From contig CAVTJP010000005.1 of the NCBI GenBank assembly GCA_963735085.1, forward strand, positions 1,213,001-1,277,000: a stretch of DNA of 64,000 bases, given 5' to 3'. The notes beneath the pieces are model-generated. The model was given only the letters and a program-made list of their open reading frames with translations, searched no databases and was not told the origin of the DNA. Below are positions 8,959 to 18,304 of this stretch, piece after piece (position 1 is the stretch's first letter; every line of letters starts with the position of its first letter). The stretch comes from an uncultured Gammaproteobacteria bacterium. Its GTDB lineage: Bacteria > Pseudomonadota > Gammaproteobacteria > Pseudomonadales > Azotimanducaceae. The position numbers and the translations under genes are program-made.

Positions 8959-10194
8959 ATGAAGACGAACAGGGTTTCGGCGAGTCCGCTGTTGAGTGCG
9001 TTGATCGTGCTGCTGACGGTCACGTTGGGTGCGATGATATTCGTGATCGTCACGGACGACCGATCGGTGACCGGGAACAACCCACTAATGCTCGCCGTCG
9101 GCAGCATCGTGTTGGTGTCCATCATCGCGATGCTGTTGCTGCGTGACGCACGCAACCGGCTCACCGAACAGGCGGAACAGAACGAAAGGAATCAGGCGGC
9201 CATTCTTCAACTACTCGATGAACTGGCTGATCTTGCTGAAGGCGACCTGACGGTACACGCATCAGTGACCGAGAATTTCACGGGCGCCATTGCGGATTCA
9301 ATCAATTTTGCGATTGACCAGATGCGCGGCCTCGTATCGAACATCAATCGCGTATCCGTGCGTGTTGCGCGGGCGGCGGAAGAAACGCAGCAAACTGCGC
9401 GCGGCCTCGCTAATGCATCCGACAACCAAGCGCGCGAAATTACCGCGGCGTCGACGGCCATCAACGAGATGGCGGTGTCGATCGACCATGTGTCGTCGAA
9501 CGCAGCCGAATCCGCCGCTGTTGCCGAACGAGCCGTGGCGATTGCGAACAAAGGCGCCGATGTGGTGCAGGCGACGATTGGCGGAATGGACACGATTCGC
9601 GGCCAGATTCAGGAAACGTCCAAGCGGATCAAGCGCCTGGGAGAGTCGAGCCAGGAAATTGGTGACATTGTATCGTTGATCAACGATATCGCTGACCAAA
9701 CCAATATCCTATCGTTGAACGCCGCAATCCAGGCGTCGATGGCGGGCGATGCGGGACGCGGCTTCGCGGTCGTCGCAGACGAAGTACAGCGTCTCGCAGA
9801 GCGATCGTCCGCGGCGACGAAGCAGATCGCCGCGCTCGTCAAGACGATTCAAACGGACACGAATGAAGCAGTCATCTCCATGGAGCAGACGACGACGGAA
9901 GTCGTCAGTGGCGCAAAACGCGCGCAGGATGCGGGTGTCGCGCTTGAGGAGATCGAAAGCGTATCGACCTCGCTTGCCGAATTGATTCAGAACATCAGCA
10001 ACGCGGCACGGCAACAGGCGGCCTCCGCCGGCCACGTGTCGAATACGATGGGCGTCATTCAGGAGATCACCTCGCAGACCGCCAACGGTACCGAAGCAAC
10101 AGCGAAGTCAGTCGGCGCGTTGGCTGAAATGGCGAACGAGATGCGCGTATCGGTTGAGTTCTTCAAGCTGCCCGGCGAATCGAAGTCTCGTTGA
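8959..10194 (+). CDS. pilJ: Methyl-accepting chemotaxis protein PilJ (short form, no periplasmic domain)
   Basis: Two N-terminal TM helices (about nt 8986-9051 and 9085-9141) separated by an ~11-residue loop. These are followed by HAMP-like and MCP signalling domains (DQTNILSLNAAIQASMAGDAGRGFAVVADEVQRLAERS). Confidence 0.8.
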   Translation: MKTNRVSASPLLSALIVLLTVTLGAMIFVIVTDDRSVTGNNPLMLAVGSIVLVSIIAMLLLRDARNRLTEQAEQNERNQAAILQLLDELADLAEGDLTVHASVTENFTGAIADSINFAIDQMRGLVSNINRVSVRVARAAEETQQTARGLANASDNQAREITAASTAINEMAVSIDHVSSNAAESAAVAERAVAIANKGADVVQATIGGMDTIRGQIQETSKRIKRLGESSQEIGDIVSLINDIADQTNILSLNAAIQASMAGDAGRGFAVVADEVQRLAERSSAATKQIAALVKTIQTDTNEAVISMEQTTTEVVSGAKRAQDAGVALEEIESVSTSLAELIQNISNAARQQAASAGHVSNTMGVIQEITSQTANGTEATAKSVGALAEMANEMRVSVEFFKLPGESKSR

Positions 10195-10254
10195 GCAACG
10201 CAACGTAGAATCCGCGCTGCGGCGCTTCCACCGAACTGCCGACTGGATAGGCGA

Positions 10255-13200
10255 ATGACCGAAAGCCGAGAACATTTTGCGCTGGACTGGATCAAGCGCG
10301 AGATCGACGAAACGCTGAAGTCAGCGCGTCAGGCACTGGAAGCCTACGCGGAGTCGGAGCGCGACGAAACGCGAATGCGTGCTTGTCTGACGTATCTGCA
10401 TCAAGTGCACGGCACTCTGTTGATGCTGGAGCTCACTGGGGTCACGGTCCTCAGCGACGAGATGGAACAACTCGCGCAGGCGCTACTCCATGGTTCGGTA
10501 GCGAACGTAGCTGATGCGCAACAGCTGTTGATGCAAGGCATTCTGCAGCTGCCGGCCTATCTGGAGGAAATCCAGAAAGGGCTGCCGGACTCGCGTCGCG
10601 CAGTACTCCCGCTTGCCAACGAGCTACGTGGGGCGCGGGGTGCCGAACGATTTCCGGATGCGGGGTCGCGTGCTGGTGTGTCACTTCATGGTACCGCGAC
10701 CAGCGAGACACTAAAGCGATTCGATCAGATCGATGGCACCGAAAAAGCACGGCGCATTCGCGCAGCCTATCAGCAGGTACTGTTGTCGGTTCTGAAGGGT
10801 GAAGGCTCACACAACGCGCTCGCGACGCTCGCTAAAGTCGCCGCCGGGCTCGAACGAATTTGCGAGAATACACCGTACACAGCACTGTGGCGCGCGTTCT
10901 CCGCGTTTGTCGCGGCACTCTCGGAAAGTAAGGCGCACCTGAGCGGAGATGTGGTGCGCTTGCTACGCCGCGTCGATGCAGAGATCAAGGCGCTTGCCCA
11001 AAATGGCGTCGCCGCGTTGACGCGGCCACTTTCGCTGGATCTCGTCAAGCAACTCGTCGATGCCGCGCGTGAGCATGGCAACACCGATCCGGACATCAAG
11101 TTACTGGGCGACGCGATTGCAGAGGAGCCCGCGGAGGATCGGGTCGCCATCTCGAAGCGCGAAGCCATACATACGGCTGCGGCTGCACTTCGCGAGGAAC
11201 TCGCGGCTGTAAAGGATTCGCTCGATCTGTTCGTTCGAAGCGATCCGCGCTCGACCGAGCAGCTTTTGCAGTTGACCGTGCCGCTGAAGCAGATTGGAAG
11301 CACTTTGTCGATCCTGGGGTTCGAGAGTTCACGCGCAGTGATCGCCGATCAGATCGAGGCGATGCAAGGCGCCGTTCAGGATGGCGCCTGCGACGAAGTA
11401 CTCCTTTTGGGGGTCGCGTCCGCACTGTTACAGGTGGACGAGAATTTAGCGGCGATTGCGAAGCAACGCGGTCGTATGAGCAGCACGCCGGACGCGTCCG
11501 GGCTGGTCAGTGAAGCACAAGTCGCAGTGTTGGGTGAAGCGCGCACCGGGCTCGACCAGATTAAGCAAGCTGTAGTCGACTATGTATCGGCGCAGTGGGA
11601 TCCGAGTCGTCTCGTCGACGTGCCCGCGTTGCTGTCGGCGGTGCAGGGCGCGCTCGCGATGGTAACGCTGGTGCGTCCGGCAGAACAGTTGGGCCGATGC
11701 GCGAAGTACGTCGCCAACGAACTCATTGCGGGGCGTGCGCCAGATTGGACCGGTCTTGATGCGTTCGCCGACGCTATCAGTGGAATCGACTACTACCTCG
11801 AACGATTTTGTGACGACCCGGCACAGCCAGGCGAGGAAATTCTGGGCGTCGTCGAGCGGAGTTTGGTACAGCTTGGATATGGGGAAGGTAGCGAACGTGC
11901 GCTGCGACCCGTCGAATTGCCTCCCATAGAGACCGTATCCGAATCTCCAATAGCCGCCGAGCCCGAGACATCCATTGATCCGGCTATGGAAGAAGCGCCG
12001 GCCGCGGTCCATACCGAGCCTGATAACGAAGAACCGAAGTTCGAAGAGGAAGCGCAGGAACTGCCTCTGGAAGCGGACCTTGCGGGTGACTTTGAACTCG
12101 TCGTCGAAGACCCGGACGAAGTATCGAGCGGTCCGGTGAGCGTTGATGAATTGGAAGACGACGCGTTCGACCTGGACGATCTGCAGCTTGGGTCTGATTC
12201 GAATCGCGCCGACGGCACCACGCCGCACCTCGAAGCGCCATCCTTCGCCCCTGCTGAATCGACCGATTTCAGTGACGAGGACTTGCAGACCATTGCCGAT
12301 GACGTGCCGGCGTCGCATGACGATCTCGAAGTCGAAGCACTTGCAAACACCCCGCGGCGTCAGATCGCCGAAGCCCCTACCGACATCGACGATGACATCC
12401 TCGAGATCTTCGTCGAAGAAGTTGGCGAGGTACTCGAGCGTGTCGATTTGTGGTTACCCCAATGGACGAGCGATTTCGCCAACGACGAAGCGCTTTTGGA
12501 GGTACGCCGTGCTTTCCACACGCTGAAAGGCAGCGGTCGTATTGTTGGCGCGAACCTCATCGGTGAGCTTGCCTGGTCGGTGGAAAACATGTTCAACCGG
12601 GTGATGGACGGCACCGTCGCACCGAACGCGCAAATTGGTAGCGTGGCTGGCGAGGCGAGATCAGCGATACCCGGCCTATGCCGGGCGTTCGAGAGTCGCC
12701 GGTCCATAGCCGATAGCCAAGTTGTAGGCATCATGGAAAGGGCGGATGTTCTGGCCTCGGGCGGCCGCCTCGAAGAACTCCTGGATGAGAGTTCGAGCCA
12801 AGTGATTCCACAGAGCGAAGCTGAAGATCGTTTTGCGATGTCGCAAACCGGCGATTCACCGGATTCTTCGGCGCAACTGAACAGACACAGTTCTGCCGAC
12901 GAAGCGGAGACGTTCGCGCTGTTCGAGCAGGAGGCAGCGCTACATCTAGCCGTACTGGAGGAGCGCTTCCAGCGAACGGATACAGCGGGCACAAATGCAC
13001 TGACAGACGATGTGGTGCGCGCGCTTCATACCCTGCGTGGCAGCGCGTCGATGGCAGGAGTAGACAGCGTGTCGGGCATCGCCGGGCCCCTCTACCGAGT
13101 CGTCAGTGAAGCGCGTGACGTCGGTATGCGTGCTGGTCCCGACATCATCGATTTCGTTCAGCAGGGCGTGTTCGCGCTGCGTCGCACGCTCAATGCCGTG

Positions 13201-16200
13201 TCGGAGGGCGCCGAACCGCACGAGGATGTTGCGTCGTTCGAAGCGGAGGCGGACCGTCTGGTCGCGACACTTGGCGAAGCTGGGGCTGGTGCGGCTTCGG
13301 CGCTTCTCAGTTTGGATGGTGCGCCGGTGTTGCTCGGTGCGCGTGATTTCCTGACGGGATGGCGCGATGGTGCGATGGACCTCGGCGCGCTGTCGGATAC
13401 CGTCGCGGCGCTGCACGAGTTGCGGAACGAAGCGGAAAGCCAAAGCCAGCCGCCAATTGCGCATTTGTGCGACGGATTGATCGCGGCCTATGAGCGTCTC
13501 GAAGACCATCCGTTGAGCAATGCGGCACATGCGGTACTGAGCCACGCACACGAGCTTCTGCTAAGCATGTTCGACGCCATCGCTGCACAGCAGGCTCTGC
13601 CGGACCCAGCGGACGAACTCGTGGCGTTGTCCGAAATACAAGGGACCAGTATTGGCGCTGACGAACCCGATCCACTTGAATCAGGCGATCGAGCCTCGCC
13701 ATCAGCACATGTCGTCGACTTCCCGACATTCGTCCGACCTTCTGAAACGATGCATGAAGAACGCCAGGAAAAGTCGATCGAGTCAGAGCCAGAATTGCCA
13801 AACGCGCCGATACTGGAAGAGCGTGTTGAGGCGCCCGCTCCAATGGATGGCGATGCTGCGTCGCACCCAAGTATCACATTGCCGCCGGATACCGACCCAG
13901 AAATCCTCGAGATCTTCTTCGAAGAAGCGGAGGAACTGCTGGAAGCAATCGATCAGAGTATTCACGATTGGCTCGCAGCCCCCGATAACCGCATTCATCT
14001 CGAAAACCTATTGCGCGCGTTGCACACCCTGAAAGGCGGAGCACGCCTAGCCGGCTTGTCGGCGCTGGGCGACGACGCGCACGGGTTCGAATCGTTCCTG
14101 ATCAGTGTGCAAGGCAAGCCTGCGTTGCCTGACGGATTCTTTGATTCGTTGCAGTTGCGTCACGACGAGATGGTCGTTGGGGTAAATGCACTGAAGGCGG
14201 CCGCCAGCGGTGGCGGCGCAATACCTGACGCGACGACAACCACGAGACAGGCCGTGCCGCCGCCGATCCAGGCATCGAAACCATCGGCCGCCCCCTCGTC
14301 GGGAAGCGCAACACCATCGGCGCCCGTCGCGCGAGTCGTTGTCGAAGATCCCGTGGACACGTCCACGCCTGAAGCGCGCAACGACGAATCCGTTGGCGGC
14401 CGCGCCGTCCAGGACCCGCGCGAGATGGTTCGCGTATCGGCAGGATTGCTCGAGCAGTTGGTCAACCTCGCCGGTGAGAGCAGCATCATCCGCTCGCGCG
14501 TTGAGCAGGGCATGAACGATTTCAGCGCGTCGCTGGAAGAGATGGAGATCACGATCGAACGCGTGCGCGAGCAGTTGCGCCGCCTCGAGATCGAAACCGA
14601 AACGCAGGTGCTGTTCCGCCGTGAAGTCAGTCAGGGCCAGGACTACGAAGAGTTCGATCCCCTCGAGATGGATCGATACTCGCAATTGCAGCAGCTTTCA
14701 CGATCATTGTCCGAGAGCGCGTCGGACATGCTCGACCTCAAGGAGACGCTCGCCTTCAAGGCGCGCGAATCTGAAACGCTGCTGATCCAGCAGGCACGCG
14801 TCAATACCGAGTTGCAAGAAGGCTTGATGCGGACGCGCATGGTGCCTTTCAACCGACTGCTGCCGCGGTTGCGTCGCACAGTCCGCCAGGTATCACGTGA
14901 CCTCGGCAAAGAGGTCGATTTCCACGCGTACAACGCCGAAGGCGAACTCGATCGTAATGTGCTCGAACGCATGGTCCCGCCGCTGGAGCACATGCTGCGC
15001 AACGCGGTAGACCATGGCATCGAGCGCGCAGAGTTTCGCCGTGGCTTCGGCAAGCCTGATGTCGGTCGCATTGACCTGCGGTTATCGCGCGAAGCCGGTG
15101 ACGTGGTCATCGAGATCTCCGACGACGGAGCCGGCATTGATGTCGAATCGGTTCGCGCCAAAGCGCTCGAGCGCGGTTTGATGACGGCCGATGCGAAGTT
15201 GCGCGATGACGAGATCCTGCAATTCGTGTTGGCGCCAGGCTTCAGTACCGCGAAATCGGTCACCCAGATCTCCGGCCGGGGCGTCGGAATGGACGTCGTC
15301 CACAGCGCAGTGAAGCAGCTCGGCGGCAGCATCACGATTATGTCGATTGCGGGCAAAGGTACGCGATTTACGGTGCGATTGCCGTTCACCGTTTCGGTGA
15401 ACCGCGCATTGATGGTGTCGGTCGGCGAGGATCAATATGCGATTCCACTGAACACGATCGAGGGCATCGTGCGCGTGTCCGGCGTTGAACTCGAAAAGCT
15501 GTATGGTCCCGACGGCGGTGGATTCGAGTACGCCGGTGTGCCGTACCGGGTGCGTTACCTCGGCAGCTTTATTGGTCGCGACTATGTGGCGTTGTCAGAT
15601 CGCGGCTCGGTGCCAGTGGTGCTGGTCCGTTCCGGCGATCGTGCTGTGGCGGTGCATGTCGACGGCGTGCAGGGTAGCCGCGAAATTGTGGTGAAGAGCC
15701 TTGGCCCGCAGTTTGCCGGCGTGGGTGGTATTTCCGGCGCGACCATTCTGGGCGACGGGAGCGTCGTTGTGATCCTTGACCTGCTTGCGTTGATTCGTGC
15801 GCAGACGGCACCGGTCTACGCGAACGGGACGCCCGCGGCTGCAGCGGATCGGCCGACATGCGTGATGGTCGTCGATGATTCGGTGACGGTACGCAAAGTC
15901 ACCTCGCGGCTCCTCGAACGACAGGGCATGGACGTCATCCTCGCCAAAGACGGTGTCGAAGCCGTCGCGATGCTGCAGGAACGCAGACCGGACATCATGT
16001 TGCTCGATATCGAGATGCCACGGATGGACGGCTTCGAAGTGGCGCGCCAGATTCGCCACGACGAGCGGCTTTCGAATCTGCCGATCGTGATGATCAGCTC
16101 ACGTACCGGAGCCAAGCACCAGGAGCGTGCTGAAGAACTCGGCGTGAATCGTTTCCTGGGCAAGCCGTTCCAGGAGAACGAATTGCTCGCGACGATCGAA

Positions 16201-16215
16201 GAGCTTGTTCGGTAG
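10255..16215 (+). CDS. chpA: ChpA/PilL-type multi-Hpt hybrid histidine kinase (CheA-like) with C-terminal receiver
   Basis: 1986 aa. Hpt-like histidines sit at H52, H755 (FHTLKGSG), H925 (LHTLRGSA) and H1257 (LHTLKGGA). Dimerisation/HATPase core (NAVDHGIE, DDGAGID, GRGVGMD), CheW-like domain, and REC domain (VVDDS...LLDIEMPRMDG, D1918). Confidence 0.9.
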   Translation: MTESREHFALDWIKREIDETLKSARQALEAYAESERDETRMRACLTYLHQVHGTLLMLELTGVTVLSDEMEQLAQALLHGSVANVADAQQLLMQGILQLPAYLEEIQKGLPDSRRAVLPLANELRGARGAERFPDAGSRAGVSLHGTATSETLKRFDQIDGTEKARRIRAAYQQVLLSVLKGEGSHNALATLAKVAAGLERICENTPYTALWRAFSAFVAALSESKAHLSGDVVRLLRRVDAEIKALAQNGVAALTRPLSLDLVKQLVDAAREHGNTDPDIKLLGDAIAEEPAEDRVAISKREAIHTAAAALREELAAVKDSLDLFVRSDPRSTEQLLQLTVPLKQIGSTLSILGFESSRAVIADQIEAMQGAVQDGACDEVLLLGVASALLQVDENLAAIAKQRGRMSSTPDASGLVSEAQVAVLGEARTGLDQIKQAVVDYVSAQWDPSRLVDVPALLSAVQGALAMVTLVRPAEQLGRCAKYVANELIAGRAPDWTGLDAFADAISGIDYYLERFCDDPAQPGEEILGVVERSLVQLGYGEGSERALRPVELPPIETVSESPIAAEPETSIDPAMEEAPAAVHTEPDNEEPKFEEEAQELPLEADLAGDFELVVEDPDEVSSGPVSVDELEDDAFDLDDLQLGSDSNRADGTTPHLEAPSFAPAESTDFSDEDLQTIADDVPASHDDLEVEALANTPRRQIAEAPTDIDDDILEIFVEEVGEVLERVDLWLPQWTSDFANDEALLEVRRAFHTLKGSGRIVGANLIGELAWSVENMFNRVMDGTVAPNAQIGSVAGEARSAIPGLCRAFESRRSIADSQVVGIMERADVLASGGRLEELLDESSSQVIPQSEAEDRFAMSQTGDSPDSSAQLNRHSSADEAETFALFEQEAALHLAVLEERFQRTDTAGTNALTDDVVRALHTLRGSASMAGVDSVSGIAGPLYRVVSEARDVGMRAGPDIIDFVQQGVFALRRTLNAVSEGAEPHEDVASFEAEADRLVATLGEAGAGAASALLSLDGAPVLLGARDFLTGWRDGAMDLGALSDTVAALHELRNEAESQSQPPIAHLCDGLIAAYERLEDHPLSNAAHAVLSHAHELLLSMFDAIAAQQALPDPADELVALSEIQGTSIGADEPDPLESGDRASPSAHVVDFPTFVRPSETMHEERQEKSIESEPELPNAPILEERVEAPAPMDGDAASHPSITLPPDTDPEILEIFFEEAEELLEAIDQSIHDWLAAPDNRIHLENLLRALHTLKGGARLAGLSALGDDAHGFESFLISVQGKPALPDGFFDSLQLRHDEMVVGVNALKAAASGGGAIPDATTTTRQAVPPPIQASKPSAAPSSGSATPSAPVARVVVEDPVDTSTPEARNDESVGGRAVQDPREMVRVSAGLLEQLVNLAGESSIIRSRVEQGMNDFSASLEEMEITIERVREQLRRLEIETETQVLFRREVSQGQDYEEFDPLEMDRYSQLQQLSRSLSESASDMLDLKETLAFKARESETLLIQQARVNTELQEGLMRTRMVPFNRLLPRLRRTVRQVSRDLGKEVDFHAYNAEGELDRNVLERMVPPLEHMLRNAVDHGIERAEFRRGFGKPDVGRIDLRLSREAGDVVIEISDDGAGIDVESVRAKALERGLMTADAKLRDDEILQFVLAPGFSTAKSVTQISGRGVGMDVVHSAVKQLGGSITIMSIAGKGTRFTVRLPFTVSVNRALMVSVGEDQYAIPLNTIEGIVRVSGVELEKLYGPDGGGFEYAGVPYRVRYLGSFIGRDYVALSDRGSVPVVLVRSGDRAVAVHVDGVQGSREIVVKSLGPQFAGVGGISGATILGDGSVVVILDLLALIRAQTAPVYANGTPAAAADRPTCVMVVDDSVTVRKVTSRLLERQGMDVILAKDGVEAVAMLQERRPDIMLLDIEMPRMDGFEVARQIRHDERLSNLPIVMISSRTGAKHQERAEELGVNRFLGKPFQENELLATIEELVR

Positions 16216-16239
16216 AGTTCGTAATAGGGATTTTCGCAA

Positions 16240-16707
16240 ATGGCGGCGCTACTGGCAGTGGACACGAAGGAACTCGCATGTGTGATGATTCCGCTTGCGC
16301 AGACCCACCTGGTGCTGCCCAACGTAACCATCGCGGAAATTCTGCCGTGGCGCCGCATCAAGCCGTTGGCCGATGGGCCGAAGTGGTGCCTGGGCATGCT
16401 CGGGTGGCGCGGCGAAACCGTGCCGGTGATTCAGTTCGAGTCGCTCAACGGTGGTGAACTGGTCGCTGCTGGTCACGGTCGATGTCTGTTGATCATGAAC
16501 CGGGCGCGAAGCGCCTCGGGACGCGCGTTTTATGCGCTGGCGTCATCCGGCTTGCCGCGCATCGTGCACCTGTCGGACGACGATCTACAGAACCGTTCGG
16601 TGCGCCTCGGGCCCGCAGAAGTGGCGTCGCTCCGCGTCGGGACCGAACCCGCAATCGTCCCAAACCTGTCGTTCATCGAAGAGCAACTCGCGACGCTACG
16701 CGGCTGA
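16240..16707 (+). CDS. chpC: CheW-like protein (ChpC-like)
   Basis: 155-aa CheW-domain ORF directly after chpA (WCLGMLGWRGETVPVIQFESL). Confidence 0.7.
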   Translation: MAALLAVDTKELACVMIPLAQTHLVLPNVTIAEILPWRRIKPLADGPKWCLGMLGWRGETVPVIQFESLNGGELVAAGHGRCLLIMNRARSASGRAFYALASSGLPRIVHLSDDDLQNRSVRLGPAEVASLRVGTEPAIVPNLSFIEEQLATLRG

Positions 16708-16735
16708 GTTTGCGCCGGCACGAGACGTCACTACG

Positions 16736-17464
16736 CTAAGGCGCGCTCCACCCCCACGCTTGACGCATGATTGCCAGTGCTGCCAGCGGCGCGGTGTCGG
16801 CACGCAATGTCAAACCGCCGAGCCCCATTGCGCGCGCGCCACGAGCGAGCGCGGCCGCTCGCTCGGCGTCGCTGAAGCCGCCCTCGGGTCCCACCAACAG
16901 CATCGTATCGTCCAGTGCGAGCGCGTTGTCGATCGGCACTGCGCCGGGGTCGAGCAGTAATGTCTGCCTGACATCCCGCTGCTCGAGTAGCGCCGCGAGC
17001 GACAGGGGTGCATGGAGCGTCGGTACACGCAATCGGCCGCACTGCTCGGCGGCACTCGTCAGAATACGCTGCCAATGCGTTTCACGACGCAATGCACGCG
17101 CGCCTTGGAAACGCGCCTCGGTGCGCTCGGTGTCGATCAGCCATATGTCGGTTGCGCCGAGTTCGGTGGCCTTTTGCAGAACAAAGTCGAGACGGTCACC
17201 CTTGAGCATGGCCTGCGCAAGGTGCAGCCTCACGCGTGGCATCGGTTCAGATACGGCGATCGATCCAACCTGCACCTCACATGCGCGGGGATCCGCGTTG
17301 TCGATTTTGGCGACGTAACCGTCGCCATCACCGCAGAACAACAACACAAGATCGCCACGCCGCTGGCGCAGCACGCGACAGAGATAGTGTGAGCGACCCG
17401 GATCGAGTGTCAGCGAAGTGTTGGCGATCAACCGGTCAGCGACGTGCAGGCGTCGTTCAGCCAT
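16736..17464 (-). CDS. rsmE: 16S rRNA (uracil1498-N3)-methyltransferase
   Basis: 242 aa. N-terminal PUA-like HYLCRVLRQRRGD and C-terminal SPOUT motif LLVGPEGGFSDAE typical of RsmE. Confidence 0.85.
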   Translation of the reverse strand: MAERRLHVADRLIANTSLTLDPGRSHYLCRVLRQRRGDLVLLFCGDGDGYVAKIDNADPRACEVQVGSIAVSEPMPRVRLHLAQAMLKGDRLDFVLQKATELGATDIWLIDTERTEARFQGARALRRETHWQRILTSAAEQCGRLRVPTLHAPLSLAALLEQRDVRQTLLLDPGAVPIDNALALDDTMLLVGPEGGFSDAERAAALARGARAMGLGGLTLRADTAPLAALAIMRQAWGWSAP

Positions 17465-18302
17465 TGTCGTCGGGAAGGGAAATGCGATCGAGTATCGCCT
17501 GCGTCGGAACAGACTGATTCAACGTATAGAAATGTAGTCCCGGAGCGCCGCCGTCGATGAGACGTTGACACAGCGCTGAGACGACGTCGGCGCCGAATGC
17601 GCGCAAAGATTCATCGTCATGCTGATACGCGGAGAGCCGGCTGCGGATCCAGCGTGGAATTTCCGCGCCGCAGCCATCGGAAAAGCGCACCAGGTTGGCG
17701 TAGCTCGTAATCGGCATGATGCCGGGAACGATCGGTACGGCGACGTTGGCACGCTCGACAAAATCGAAATACGCGTCCGGATTGTAGAAATACTGCGTGA
17801 TCGCGCCGTTCGCACCCGCAGCGACTTTGCGACGAAAGTGTTCGATGTCCTGGTCCGGCGAGGGCGCGTCGGGGTGAACTTCCGGGTACCCCGCCACTTC
17901 AATTTCCAATGCGTCGCCCGCATGGGCCCGTAACAGCGCCACCAGGCTGATGGCGTAGCTGACGTGGCGCGGGCTGCCGAGTCCGGACGGAATATCCCCC
18001 CGCAATGCAACCATCCGCACGATGCCGAGTTCGATGTAGCGGTCGATCAGCGCCTTGATGGCGCGCTTGTCGTCGCTGCCCATCGACAGGTGCGGAGCAA
18101 CCTCATGCCCCGCAGCAGCGAGACCGGCGACGGCTTCGAACGTACGGTCGCGGGTCGACCCGCCTGCACCATATGTCACTGAGTAGAATACCGGGCGGTT
18201 CTTGGACAGCGCGGTGGCGGTTCGCAGCAGTGCGACCTGACCCTTATTGGTCTTCGGCGGAAAGAACTCGAAGCTGAGCCGAAACGCGCGCCGCGTGGTC
18301 AT
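17457..18302 (-). CDS. metF: 5,10-methylenetetrahydrofolate reductase
   Basis: SFEFFPPKT...YSVTYGAGGSTR motifs. Start set at the ATG 2 nt after the metK stop. Confidence 0.9.
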   Translation of the reverse strand: MTTRRAFRLSFEFFPPKTNKGQVALLRTATALSKNRPVFYSVTYGAGGSTRDRTFEAVAGLAAAGHEVAPHLSMGSDDKRAIKALIDRYIELGIVRMVALRGDIPSGLGSPRHVSYAISLVALLRAHAGDALEIEVAGYPEVHPDAPSPDQDIEHFRRKVAAGANGAITQYFYNPDAYFDFVERANVAVPIVPGIMPITSYANLVRFSDGCGAEIPRWIRSRLSAYQHDDESLRAFGADVVSALCQRLIDGGAPGLHFYTLNQSVPTQAILDRISLPDDNG

Positions 18303-18304
18303 GA

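Noticed and set aside
11900-12400. Acidic low-complexity stretch in chpA as a DNA tandem repeat or array
   Set aside because: No periodic nucleotide repeat is visible. It is compositional bias (Asp/Glu/Pro) within an uninterrupted reading frame, consistent with an interdomain linker.
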